A stretch of DNA of 64,000 bases from assembly GCA_027604505.1 (NCBI GenBank), contig JADIIX010000059.1:1-64000 (forward strand), read 5' to 3'. Each line of letters begins with the position of its first letter. Within the stretch, counting starts at the first letter, position 1. A program made the translations under genes and the position numbers. This document shows, one piece after another, positions 25,522 through 40,006 of this stretch. The notes under the pieces were generated by a model. It had not been told where the DNA came from. It ran no database searches and saw nothing but the letters and a program-made list of their open reading frames with translations. Source of the stretch: Gonapodya sp. JEL0774. Lineage: Eukaryota.

Positions 25522-25857
25522 CCGAATGAATTGAGCGGCCTGGGGGCTGATGGAGGCAGACCACATCCGAATCCAAGTGCTCCTATCGATCGAGTTATGG
25601 ACACATTTATTATTTTACCCGCGAGTTTTGTGGTGCGCATGAGCACATGCATAGAGACGATCACCGATTTGATGGAAATAGGTCGAAGACTCAAAAATAG
25701 GGATTCAGCTTCAAAATTCATTTACCTAAATATAATAGAATCTAATTATGGAGATGATTAGAGTGTTCACCTGGAGATGGAGGTCTGACTGGCTCCTGAG
25801 CCAAAACTGTGCCACACGAAGACCTGGAACATCGGGCCTGCACTCACGGTTGACTTG

Positions 25858-26622
25858 ATGCCAGTCAATCTCGAAGGGGTTTCTTTCGAACTCTCCCCAC
25901 AAGGGCTGCCAATCGGTCTAGCACTTCCCAACTGGAAAGCGCCACCGTACCCAAATCCTCAATCGATCCTCGGTCGATTGTGTAGATTGGAAGCGTGGGA
26001 CGCCTCCAGGCACGCACGAGACCTTTTTGCCGGGCTTCACGCTGGAAACAAAGATGATGTTGAGCGCCGTTGGACCTACTTGCCAGAGGGTCCCTTCCGT
26101 GACGTGGAACACCTCTCAGAGTCCATAAACAACCGTGCCAACACAATGTTCCCTCTCGTAGTAGTCACAGAGGCATCTCAAATCGCTCAAGGGACCATTT
26201 CCTTTGCACGTGTTGACACGAACTACGGCGTTCTGGAACTGTCGTGGGTTGGGTACTCTCCTTTCCTTGCCAAAACGCCAGCAGCCACAGAAGCGATATA
26301 TCTTATGCTCAAATATGCATTCGAGCTCGGCTACCGGAGGGTAGAGTGGAAAACAGACGCTCTCAACGAACCGTCGAGGCGGACTGCTATAAGGTTGGGG
26401 TTTCGATTTGAAGGTCTGTGGAGACAGGCCGTCATCTACAAAAATAGATCTAGAGATACTGCGTGGTTCTCTATGACCGATAGGGACTGGTTGGGTGGTG
26501 TAAGAGGAGCGCTTGAGGACTGGCTCAAAGCGGACAATTTTGATTTGGCTGGAATTCAAAGAACAAAGCTCACGGAGGTGATGGCACAAGTGAGGAAACA
26601 GTTGGACTCTATCGCGGTATGA
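25858..26622 (+). CDS. GNAT acetyltransferase, RimJ/RimL (Acetyltransf_3) type; intronless
   Basis: Single open frame with GLPIG..LPNW, GRLCRLE, WTYLPEGPF, ATEAIYLML.YAFELGYRRVEWKTDALNEPSRRTAIRLGFRFEG and NRSRDTAWFSM. Confidence 0.93.
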   Translation: MPVNLEGVSFELSPQGLPIGLALPNWKAPPYPNPQSILGRLCRLEAWDASRHARDLFAGLHAGNKDDVERRWTYLPEGPFRDVEHLSESINNRANTMFPLVVVTEASQIAQGTISFARVDTNYGVLELSWVGYSPFLAKTPAATEAIYLMLKYAFELGYRRVEWKTDALNEPSRRTAIRLGFRFEGLWRQAVIYKNRSRDTAWFSMTDRDWLGGVRGALEDWLKADNFDLAGIQRTKLTEVMAQVRKQLDSIAV

Positions 26623-27241
26623 AGATGAGGTATGTATCGTGTAAAAGGTGTATGTATCTTTAAAGCGATCACTGGCCATCTAGATTAGATGCATAGATAT
26701 AGATACAATGCTTTCGGATTGTTGGTTGATCCTAAAGTGAGGGACGCCGGCTTCGACTTCCCTGCTATTATGCAATCTGAAGATTGACGGCACCTTCCTT
26801 GAACATTGCCCTCTAATTCTATGAAGGCTCTGTGGCGGTGGATCGAATTGTGTAATTTATCTGCCTTCAGCAGTCTGTATGGTCCAATGCCATGAACGGA
26901 GAACCCTGTGACTGCACGGCGGCAAATTGGACTGGAACAAGGTCATGAACTCTGACGTACAACACAGGAGACAATTTCAATGTAAGGGTATTCGTGCTCG
27001 CAGGTGAATAAATGACCGCAGAGAGTTCCACAAACAAAATAGTGGAATTGTATCCGGGAATGAGATAGCAATGTCCTTACAGTGATACATAGTGATCTCG
27101 CGTACCGCATAGATAAGGTGATCAGACAAAAGATAATAAGGGTGTTATTCCAACAAGTTGCTTGAATTAGTTCTATGCCACAGGGTCCAGCAGGAATCGT
27201 GTAAAAGGTGCAGGGTAACGTTGATTGATTCTCGGTGTCTT

Positions 27242-30200
27242 TCATCCCAGAAGCTTCGGTTCCTCTTGTTCACGTTTCCAAGCTCTAATAGTCCAGTCGC
27301 CCAAATTTTGCGGCTCTCCGGAGATCGTACTCGCCATTCTCACCATCCCAGACGATTCTTTGTATACTCTATCGCTCCTCTCTTGCCTTCCTCTCCAAAG
27401 TCGTTGAGCAGTCAGCGCACCCCATGCCGTTCTGAAATCCACCGACTCAGGATCAGCGGCAGCGACAGACGTCGACACTGTCTGTCGCAGATGGCGGAGG
27501 TGTCGTCGAAGAGCATGATTATGAGACGGAAGGGCTACGCCGGTCTGATCAACGAACAATCGACCTTGAGAATGGCATAATAAGCAACAGAGGGAGGCAA
27601 CAGATGATGTCTCACCCAATACAGAACCAAAGAAGACAACACGGGTAGATACTTGACCCTGTTCTTTTCTATTCTCAAATCCTTGAAGAGTTCGTGCACC
27701 GGTGGCTTTTGTTCTCCTTCCATCCAATTCTTATTTGGTAAAGCGACCTGAACTTGTTGGTACAAAGGCACAATCTGCGAGAATGGAATGGAGCCACTGC
27801 CTTCTGGGTCAAACCGAGACCACGTTTTAGAGAGGTTGTCTATCAGGAACTCGACCTAGGTATTGTGTGTCCCAACCCTTCGAAAAGAGCGTTTTTTGGG
27901 GGTGAACAGTCACGGCGGTCACTTACATCATTGATCTCTTCATACGATGACAGAAACTCCTCGAACGACGACATCGTGATAGCGACAAAGCTACGCAACG
28001 AATCATATGAGGATGATAACCCTATTCAAGGCAAACGATTCGAGTTCTTACCTGTTCACCAAAACCCAGTTCACAAGAACTTGAAGTAGTATAAAGTATA
28101 CGGGTGCCCATTGCACACCGCAAGTACCTTCCTCATATGAGCAAAACGGGTATTCGGGATTATCACCTGGCGAGAGCATGCAGTCTGTCATAATGCCTGG
28201 CCAGTTCTCCCCTGTGGAACACAATCACAGTACCTCATAATCGTTAGACTTTGAATTGCACTGGCAACAGCATAAAATCGCCTCACCCGTGGATAAAATA
28301 TAAACCAGTAGAAGAGAGCTCGAGAACGATGAAAAAGACACGCGACCACCCATGTTCTTAGTCGCAGCCTCATTAATGGTGCCAAAGACACGATTGCCGA
28401 CGACAGCAAACACAAAAAGAACGATGAACTGCAGCGTGAGTACATTGGAGAGCTGAGCGACATTGAAGGTGATCGCCATAATGAGGGATCGCAAAGCCTT
28501 GAAGTACCGAAAGATCTTCAGAGTTCGGAGAACCCGCAAAATCCTGATGGCTGTTTCGCAGATGTGTCAGCTTCACCATTGGGGGTGTATGTATCAAAAG
28601 ACCACAATCACCAGTCATCAAGGAGGTTCCAGCGTCCCAAAATCGAACCGACAGGTCGACGATGGCAAACAACACAATGACAAAATTCAAAGAATTCCAC
28701 CCATTAGAAAAGAACGCTCGAAATCCCAGGGCATAAAGCGAGACTAAGAACTCGATTGTGTAATAAGCGACACACGAAATTTCGATTACTGTGCGGACTT
28801 GCACAAGCCACTGCGGTTCCCCGTAAAAAACTGTCGCCATGCGACCAATGTCTATCATGACGACGGTGATTGTAATGTTTTGCAGGACCGTGGACTCCAA
28901 CACAAATTTTTGCAATCGCTTTAAGTACGAATTCCGGGTTGGACGAGGTTGACAAGCTGGTCGTCGGAAAAACAGAATATTGAGAAATGATATTGCCTTC
29001 TTTTGGCCTTCGCTCAGATATTGCATGCCTCGAAGGATGTCAGTGTGTCGGCGTAGATTGTCATAGACGAGACCTGTGGAATACGTGTCGAGTCAGTGGC
29101 TAGCTCGACAGAGCGAAGTAAAAACTGTCGCACCAGTGATGACTGAGAGGAAGAACCTGTTTCAATGAGGAACGTGCTCGTTCTTATGCATAACTGAAGG
29201 AGAATGGTACGAACGGAATTCTCACCAGCTCCCCAGGATTTCCGCCACGACCCAAAACAGTGCATTCGCAGGGGAGTTGTCCCGCTTGGGCTGCATGTCT
29301 AATCCTGTGACATCCATGTATCGGGCTGCATCATTCGGCCATCCTTTCCAAAAGAACCGATGTCGGTACACGCGATAATCGAAAATGTGAAGACCACTCT
29401 GAAGAGCACAATCACCTTCTTGCAAAGTAATCACCACAACAGAAAGCAAACTCTGGCCGAAGTTATCGTACGAGAAACGGTATCTTTCCCATCGTCGCGG
29501 TTCAGAGAGACCCGATGAGGGGTTAATCCACATCCCAACACAGTCTGCTCGCCCCAGAATAAGTGAATCATTGCACTGCCAGCCTAGATAGCACGAGCAT
29601 GCCATTCCTTCAACAGAAAGAGAACCGATGTAAACAACTGAATGTAACTCACCGACACCGACAAAGAGGGAAAGTCCGAGAATAGCGAAAATGAACACGA
29701 AAATAAAGTAAGGGATTGCCGCTGTATAGAGTGCGGGAATGGTCTTCCAAATGGCGACGGTGACAATACGCAAACCCTCATGCTGGAAACCAGGGACAAA
29801 ACAATCAGGAAATATTCTCTGAGACACACAATCTGAAATCTCCCAGCCCACCATCTTTATGAGACCGAGCACTCGCACAATTCGTAAAATTCGTAGGACA
29901 GAAACAGATTGTCCCACCGATGTCAAACTCAGAATAGAAATAATCACGACGAGCACGTCAACCCAATTCATCCCAGATCTCAGATACGCATTCTTCCCAA
30001 AGAAGAAACCTGCCGTTTCAGAAGCAATCGTAACGGAAGCCGTGTCAGCCACAAGTTTGACGCTGCTAAATCCACCTTTCGATACTTTCCATCTGCGATT
30101 CCAATCATAACGAGCTCCAACGTGAAGACTAATACAATGGTAGTGAGTTTGAGGAAAATGGCAGCCAACCGTCGTAAGTTCGAACGTACCAACTGCAAAA

Positions 30201-33200
30201 ACGTAATCTGAGTACCGCAGGACTTCAGCAAGCTTGCTGGTGGGATTCAGTCCTGGTTCATCGAGAGCCAAAGCAATACACGACGTCAACAGGAAAATCA
30301 ACGACAGCATGTGGAAGACCGGATGGTGGACGATTTTGCGAAAAGTCAAGATTGTGTCGCTCCGTTCCCAACGCACTATGAAGTCGTGTAATTGGCGGGG
30401 AATCCAATGAGGTAAGGATTGTGATACTTCGAGAGCACTAGGCTTGGACAGGCCATCTTTTCCGATGGTAACCGCCCATGTCCCAAATTCGTGATCGCTA
30501 CCAGACGATGATAACGAAACTGTCTCAGATGCCTGAAATTCGGTCGAGTCAATCGAAGCTCGACTAGCATCTCGCAAGGTAGCATCCGAGCTCGGTTGGG
30601 GGTTAGCTATAGAGGTTGGAAGACCCGAGCCAGCTTGATTCGACTTTGAATCGTTGTTTAGATCGACGGCAAAGCTGACACTTGAGTTAGGATCTCCGCG
30701 CTTTGGGTTCCTCGCCTTTCTGCCCCGAACAAGATCTGCGAAACAACTAAGCGCTCTCGAAACAACCCCAGGTTCTTTCGAATTTTCCCGTCGCTTCAAT
30801 TCTAGTCCAGAAGGGTTTGAGTGGAGCGGTGACAACTTGCAAAGAGCTTGAAGGGAAGACCAACCTTCCGCCAGTTCGTCCCCAAAGGCCGATATCAAGA
30901 TAGCTAATAGCTGAGGACAAAATCAAAAGTCATTGGAACGCCGAATGAAATAATGATTTTTGCAAAACACGAACAAGCTGTGAGACAACGAACGCTCCTA
31001 CGATGACAATCTGGAGAACAGGACAAAGCAGTTAAAGATCGAACCCGGCTGCCCCCCCCCCCTTCCTGTTTGTTTGGCATATACGAGCTCACAAGCACAG
31101 GAAATATCGCGGCAGGTACTCCACGAGCTCTTACAACAGATGCTTCAATGTCGTTCCAATTCTCCATCGTAAAAATGTCGGCGATGGATAACATTGCCCA
31201 ACCAATAGAGTCGAAGTGAAATCGGGGCTTTCCATCGTCAAAGTCCATTGTGTCTGAGAACAGCTGAACTCCCATAATTGCCAAGGCTAACATCAGTAAC
31301 AGCCACTGAAGAGATACCAGTACGCGGTTAACAATAACTGGACCCTTGCTGGAGCCAAGCAGCCAAAACGTACCAGGGTCAAGAGTGGTCGCAGTAGTGG
31401 CATCGAGCGAGAAACGACATTTATTAGTCTGGTTAGATCCGGCGAGAACTTGCTTATTCTGAGCACTCGGAAAGCCCGCAAAACTCGAACAGCTGTTAAG
31501 CCGCCACCGAAGTTTGAGAGGACAAAGATTTCCAGGAGACCCATCACGGTGAATAACCCATCGACTATATTCCACCCTGACTGGACATAACGCCGTGGAC
31601 CCTGACAATGCCAGTCATTTTTCACGCCAGATTTTGTTCAGTAGTAACGATGAACGACTCACCACCCCAATGAGCTTTCCAGCCATTTCCGCTGCAAAAA
31701 TATATGTGCAGACGTTATTAACTTGCTCAAGTGCGCGATCCCATTCTGGGGAGGAGTCCTACTCCGATTGCACGATCAGACACCAACAGAGAAGCACCGA
31801 GAATGAGACTATGGCCAACCTTCACAACCAACGCCAGTCCGACAGCAGATGCAAATGTTACCAGCAACATAAAACGCTCTGCGATGGTGTGAAAGAACAG
31901 CCATTCGCAAAGGCTCCGAAACTGAAACCATTTCACCACAAGGGAGGATCTGTTTTGAGGATGCGGACTTGCACCTGACGGCGGAGACAACGGGAGTGGT
32001 AATTGGGATTCGATTGCCTGAACACTTGTCGAGTCTTCATTATTGTCATTTGCGAATCCGTCGGATTTGTCGGATTTTGCCGTACTGAAAGCAGCCTCCC
32101 ACTCGCTGATTTTCTCTCCCAGGGAACTTGAGACTACAGCAATCAGGGAACCAACCTGCGAAAACAAAACTCCGCAATGTTGATATACAGGAGAGAAGGG
32201 AAACTTTGTGTTGACGCACCAGCAGCTGCTGACCAACAATAACCACCATGACGAAGTATATAAAAGCAAAAGGCGTTGACGCATCCATGGCGTAGAAAAG
32301 ATTATTGGACCACCCCTCAGCTGTTAAAGTTTGAAAGATTGACAGGATTGCAGAAAGTATATTATCAAAGCTTCTCGGATAAAGAGGAAAGGCGGTCAAC
32401 ACGAGGAATCCGTCACATGGCCCCGAAATAGACAAACCTAACGCTTCCGTATACCGGATTCCCCACTCCGCCATCGATGCAGGTTGATCCAATCGGACAC
32501 TGGAAACCCCAGTTCGTGTTCGTGGAGCATACCTGCTCCTCCAATGCGATGGCTCCGGAAACATCATCAACACACCGATGACGGAATTCACCCATCCACA
32601 CGTTCTTAAGAATTAATCATTATGAGATGCAAAAGAAGAGGCATTGATGATCGAGATAGCTGGATCCTCACCACACCTATGATACCGAAAGCGAGGAAGA
32701 AGTAAATTGCCAAGATAAATATGTCGCGAAGGAGAGGAAGAGACTCTCCGAGCGCTGCAATAATGATGGGCATATGCTCAAGTCCCCTGCGAGAAAAATA
32801 CATCCACTTCAGAGGCAACACGAGTGCACAACTCAAGGAAAACGGCTTACGGAACAACATGAGCGGCTCTAAGTACAAGAAGGATTCGAATTCCCGTGAA
32901 GTCAACCGTGCCCGGAACAAAGTTGAGCACTGAGCACACCGCTACGATAGCACCAAACCATCCAACCGCTGAGCCAAACGTGCGGCGAAAGCCAGAAGCT
33001 GCAAGTACAGCAGTAAAATCCAAAACGAAGAAAACCGAAAATCCAATTTCCGCTTTTTCGACTATGTCCAGCCAGCGCTCATATAGAGATCCCTCAGGCT
33101 GCGGCACCCGGGTGTAAGACGCCAGGAATGCAGCATTGCTCACTACAACGAGCACAACGAGAAGTTGGTAGGTCTTGGAATCAATCACTGAGCGCGCGGA

Positions 33201-33735
33201 AAGTTGAACTTTCCCCAACCATGTGGTAGGATTTGAAGTCTTTGTGTCCTCTTCCACTTTGACCAAATCCGGGTCCTCAAACACAGTGCTCACTGAAGGG
33301 GACGTATGTGAGATACCAATATCGACAGCTTCTGATCCCGAGACCACTTTGGGGGCGACATTGGGGACCGAGTGCAGAGTTGGTCCGTGGTCATCCTTAA
33401 CAACGAGAAACACTCCTTCATTGTTCCGCGACAACAGAAAGGGTTCATCCGACGCCGAGAACGCGGATCCAGGAGGATGGGCGGTTGCACCAAGTGGCGA
33501 GAGAGTCTCAGGCGAAGAAGAAGCCCTCGACCCGTTCAAAGCGCTCCCTTCAGATCCAAGCACGGAGGTCGGCATTCGAACACCGAGATGCTCCACTTAT
33601 TTTAGAGAACCGCGGAAACATATGGTTCATTCCTGTGTAACTTACAATCGAAAATACACTTGCGACAAGACTCTTACCATCACTCCTCTCGGCGACTACG
33701 ACCGGGATCGATGTATTCGTCTCATCGACGGCCAT
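27242..33735 (-). CDS. Four-domain voltage-gated cation channel alpha subunit, Cav-like (pore E/E/E/E), many exons
   Basis: Four 6-TM repeats. P-loops TLTAEGW (I), IFTMENW (II), ITLQE|GW (III), LSTG|ENW (IV). S4 segments RVLRAFRVLRISK (II), RILRIVRVLGLIK (III), RILRVLRTLKIFR (IV). C-terminal WSRFDPEGSG (EF-hand-like) and AQRLWRGRQER (IQ-like). First exon 33735-33678. The 3' end is manual. Confidence 0.9.
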
Positions 33736-34406
33736 CTCTTGAGTTCTATTTCCCGACGTTGTCGTAGCCAATAACCACACCGCAAATGACGCCACCAGAT
33801 GTCCAACGGTTTCCCGTATGGACACCGAACGCCAAGTCCGGAATAGAGCACGGATCACACTTGAAGCGCGAAATGCGCACGCAAGAAAATAGAACGGAAT
33901 CGGGTTTGGACACTGGTGCCAAATAATAATATGGAACAAGAACTGTTTTCTGTGCCTCTTGGTGATCGGATGTGTCCCCAGCCCCTGTGCAAAATAATTA
34001 ATTTGTTACCGGCATGCCGCCTCCGTAGTAATACTATACCACTTTTCCCTGTTTCTAAGTCCAATTCTACAATTCTTTCTTTAGTCTCGAATTCGTCTCG
34101 TTTGAGTACGCCGGCGACCCACTGGTGACCCGCATCAAGAGTTTGCTACTGGAGTCTTTCATGTTCGTAGACACCGAGGGTCGTCCTATCAGGAGGTACC
34201 TTCCGTAACAAAGTTCCATCATCTTTCTAACACTCCACACAACAGGTACAGATTAAGCGTTTTGCATTTTGTGTGGGGTGGAGCATTGTCATTAGTCCGC
34301 GGGGGTGAATATGTGAGTTTAAATTCCACGTGCGCAAGATCAATTGGTGAATTGAACCAATAAGACGGTGAGGGATATCCGAAAGTCAGGGCGGTTATCA
34401 AAGACC

Positions 34407-35259
34407 TCAGTTGTTTACCTCAGCTACATCTAGTAGCCGGCAGCTGGCGAACTCCGCCTTATGGTACAGGAGAGGCCCCATGAGGGAGAGCCCATCGTTT
34501 GTATCCCGTGAATCCACCACCGGAATGTCCTCCACCTCAACTAAGTACACGTCAGAGGAGCCTGCCTCCAGTTCCGTGATGACTGAGCAGGAAAAGGTGG
34601 CTAAAGCACCATCCAACAATGGCAGACCTCGAACGACGCGGTGCTTAACTCCCATTAGCTGGTCGTCACCTGCAGGAAGCGCGAAGTGTCGAGCCAACTG
34701 CGTTTGATTTTCCCTAAGCACGTTCACAGCACATCGGCGAGAATCCTTCAGCAAAGAGCTAAAACGGGACTTTGGTTGTCCGTTCCGAGGTTTTTGGATG
34801 CAGAAAGAGAGAACGGGTGGGTCCAAAGACACGGAGGTGAACGAGGAGCAGGTAATTCCTCTCAGAACGTGAGGTGAACTTCTTGATGACAGAGTCACTA
34901 CGACAACTGCACCAGGCGTGCGATATGGATATCAATTTACGTAAGAGGTGGATGAGAATGACACATGCGTACATACCTGGAAACGCAACTGCGCGCATCG
35001 CCGTTCGCATAATCTCACTCCAGTTTCCCACGCCCGCATGCGCAATCGCCGTGTGATTTCTCTCTCTAGGAGATTGCTGAATGCCATCGGCTACGATGTT
35101 GCTGCACAACCGAACGAGAGGCGGACTGCACCCTGATGTTCTCCCCAAGGATGTGAAATGGTGAAGAATTCGGGGGATCCGGGTTGCATTTCGATTAAGT
35201 TCTATGAATCTCTCGGGAAGATTGTGCATCTGTGCGAGTACATGCAAAGTGTACATTTC
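34407..35259 (-). CDS. Flavin reductase-like FMN-binding protein (start codon uncertain)
   Basis: MRTAMRAVAFP|VAVVVT...RGITCSSFTSVSLDPPVLSFCI, CAVNVLRENQ..LARHFA, GLPLLDGALA, PLLYH. Confidence 0.85.
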
Positions 35260-35452
35260 ACAACATGAAGCCAATTTCACGTGCTTTTCAAAGGCGAACA
35301 CCGTGTCCCAGAAAACAACTGTAATGAGACTGTGTAGGCCACCTCTAGGTTGAATACGGCTAATACGGTTGGTGTCGAAAAAAATATAATGTGACCGTGC
35401 CTTCCGGCACTCCATATATGTAACCTCCTGCCATCCCTCCCACGCTGAGAGA

Positions 35453-37462
35453 TCAATATGCTTCTTCTCCAGCAAAAGCGTCTCCAACCTCTGCTTCGGC
35501 ATCAGCAACCGGAATTTCGAAGCCCTCCTATTACAATGAGCGAACATGTGGTTAGCATTGTGATGTTATGTGATAGAGAACGTACAGAGGTAATACGGAG
35601 GACATTCCGGAAGTAAAAACGACGACGGAGTCAATGGTCATTATCTCCAAAAGATGAAAAGGCGCGAAACACCGACCTCAGTGGCATACAGTACTGCCTG
35701 TAGTTTCTTAATGAATGCATCGTTTTCCGCGTCCGCACCAGACTGCTGATTAAAGGCATTGCAGAAAAACGTTGGAGCTCATATTTAGGATGCAAAAGGC
35801 AGGATGAAACGACACTAATCGGCAGAACTCACCTCAAGTTGCGCAGAGCACGCAATTTCAATGTCCCTAAGCTTGCCAAAGTAAAAATCCCGTTCTTTTT
35901 CAAGCCCGTCTACCTGCACACGCAGCTCCGTCAGTTGATTGCTAAGAGCGTTAATCTGAGTCTGCGCGGCGTGAAACTTGGTGGCCCTAGCATGTGGAGC
36001 GGGCAAATTCAACCAAAGAGTGTTCTCTGAGTTTATGCTTCCAGTCGGAATTTCCTTCGACTCGAAAGAAGACCCGCTGAACCGGCGCCGAAGCACTAAG
36101 CTGTAGGACGTGAAAGCGCTCACGCTCCGTACTTCATTCGAAGTTCAGCAGTTCCCTATTTGCCGGAACGGTGCTGCTCACTTTCCAATTTCTCCATGGC
36201 AATAATGCCCTCCACGCTACGGCATCGGGTGCAATCGTTCCCGTCTCAGATACTCACCACTCTTCTACCCTTCCAACGGCAATACCAGCTCCACTATCCG
36301 GTGTTCCTGTCCTACTTCGCCCGTTCATCGCCGATGTCGACCCTTGTCTTGCCATTGGCCCAGGACTCGGAGTTGCTCGAGCTTTGCCTACAGAGCTGGC
36401 GGTGGACGATCGGGCGAGGGCTGGCTTCGCCTGGGCCGACCCTGGGCGAGAACCGGGTTTAGGAATCGTGGGGGTGCCGGCACGACGTGCAGGTGCGTCG
36501 TACGTGCCACCTTGATAATGAGTGTCCCAGAATCTAAAAGTAGATGAGTGGTAGCAGAGTTTCCATAACAGCAATGAGATTCAAGCGTACTTTTTAGTCC
36601 ATTGTAGGAATTCCAAGTTGTCTTGAAACTTGCACTTCACGAGCCTTTCGACAGGAATATTCTGGTGATTCGAGATGATGGTGCGACATAGCAATATAGG
36701 AAGTGAGTGGTAGATGAGTGTGCGGCAAATGTTGATCGCAATGCCAATCTCCGAATGCATCACTATCAATCCCACGATGTTGGCACTATCTCGGAGGCAA
36801 CACAAATATGCTGCCAAACGACTCGCATCTCCTTGATCTCCACAATTCAAGAACACGTGGGAAACATCCCACAGCGAAGCGTGAATATGATATCAACCTC
36901 GTATCAGCCTGAACGACTTCGCCAGACCTCGGGGCGCCAGTACTGCGCGAATGCATAGTTGAAATTTCCACATGCTGAATGCAATTGTTCCAATGAAGAT
37001 ACCACGACTAGCCCATATCTCCACAGTGGCGTTGTTGGATTCCACTTTGGAACTTCAAATGTCCTCTCCCTGCAAGCCAGTCCAGTGTGTCCACAAACCT
37101 TATCAATACCATGTTTATGAAAGGCTTCTTGCAAAACCTTGTAATTGGTGATGTACTCAAACTCCTGGCGTGAGTCGAATTTGCACTTCTTAACGGGGAG
37201 GTCGCCGAAAATAGAGTCCAGGATTTGTGCGTAAGCAGCTCCAGTGCCCAGCTGCTCGATCTTTGTGTAGTTGAGTTGAAGGAGGTCATTAACCCAGTTC
37301 ACTGTTAACGTTGGCGGCCGACGACGGTTGGGATGAATAGTTCCCGTGGCCGCCGTGGGTGGTACCAGAGAGGGCGATTAAGAGCTAGGAATGAAAAAGA
37401 GGCCAGCATAGGAGCGTGAAAGAGGGATCCTTACAGAGCTCCGACCGGCTCAGCTCCGTCAT
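35453..37462 (-). CDS. EB1: EB1/Bim1/Mal3 microtubule plus-end-binding protein
   Basis: MTELSRSEL|LNWVNDLLQLNYTKIEQLGTGAAYAQILDSIF (CH domain), IPVERLVKCKFQDNLEFLQW, LEKERDFYFGKLRDIE, LYATE|EGF, and an acidic-aromatic tail ...GEEAY*. Confidence 0.96.
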
Positions 37463-37821
37463 CCCCGGTGGTCTTTGTCAAGTCCGAACGGGGGGGCTGT
37501 TGTTCTGTTAGCACGAGCACTCCCCCTTCCAATCAGTACAACTGAAACAGGGCACCAAAATACTACTCTGAAGTATACCAATCATCCCCAAATCGTAATA
37601 TTTATGAGCGGTTCCATGCAAATCCAACTGGATTTATAAATGAAGGCCAAACTCAATTTTTTTTCACGTTCTTTACCTTGACAACTCTTTCACAAAATTG
37701 GTTACTGGCAACAATGGGGCGAATGAACTGTGGGTGGGTGCTTTCATGGCCCCATCTGAGAGGCTGAGAGTTGTTGCGGATCCCGAAAGCTCGCCAACCT
37801 CTTTGGCCCGCAATCTTTGAG

Positions 37822-39805
<1,984 letters not shown>

Positions 39806-40006
39806 GAATTACGGGGATCAATTTTCACACGTTTGGCGAATAGTACTGTGTATGCTGGTTTGGTTCATGGCAATAATATCCGCGATAATACTAGTACAGT
39901 TGTGATTCTTCTCGACATGATGCAGATTGCGGCTTATCCGAGTCAATTGAGAAAACAAATAGTACATTTTTATGGGAGTAACTCCACCTGATGGTGCTCT
40001 TGGGAT

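Noticed and set aside
10131..37656. TTGAGTT/AACTCAA heptamer in four divergent intergenic regions (10131, 15377, 19689, 37650)
   Set aside because: Picked post hoc; it also occurs in introns and elsewhere at roughly background frequency.
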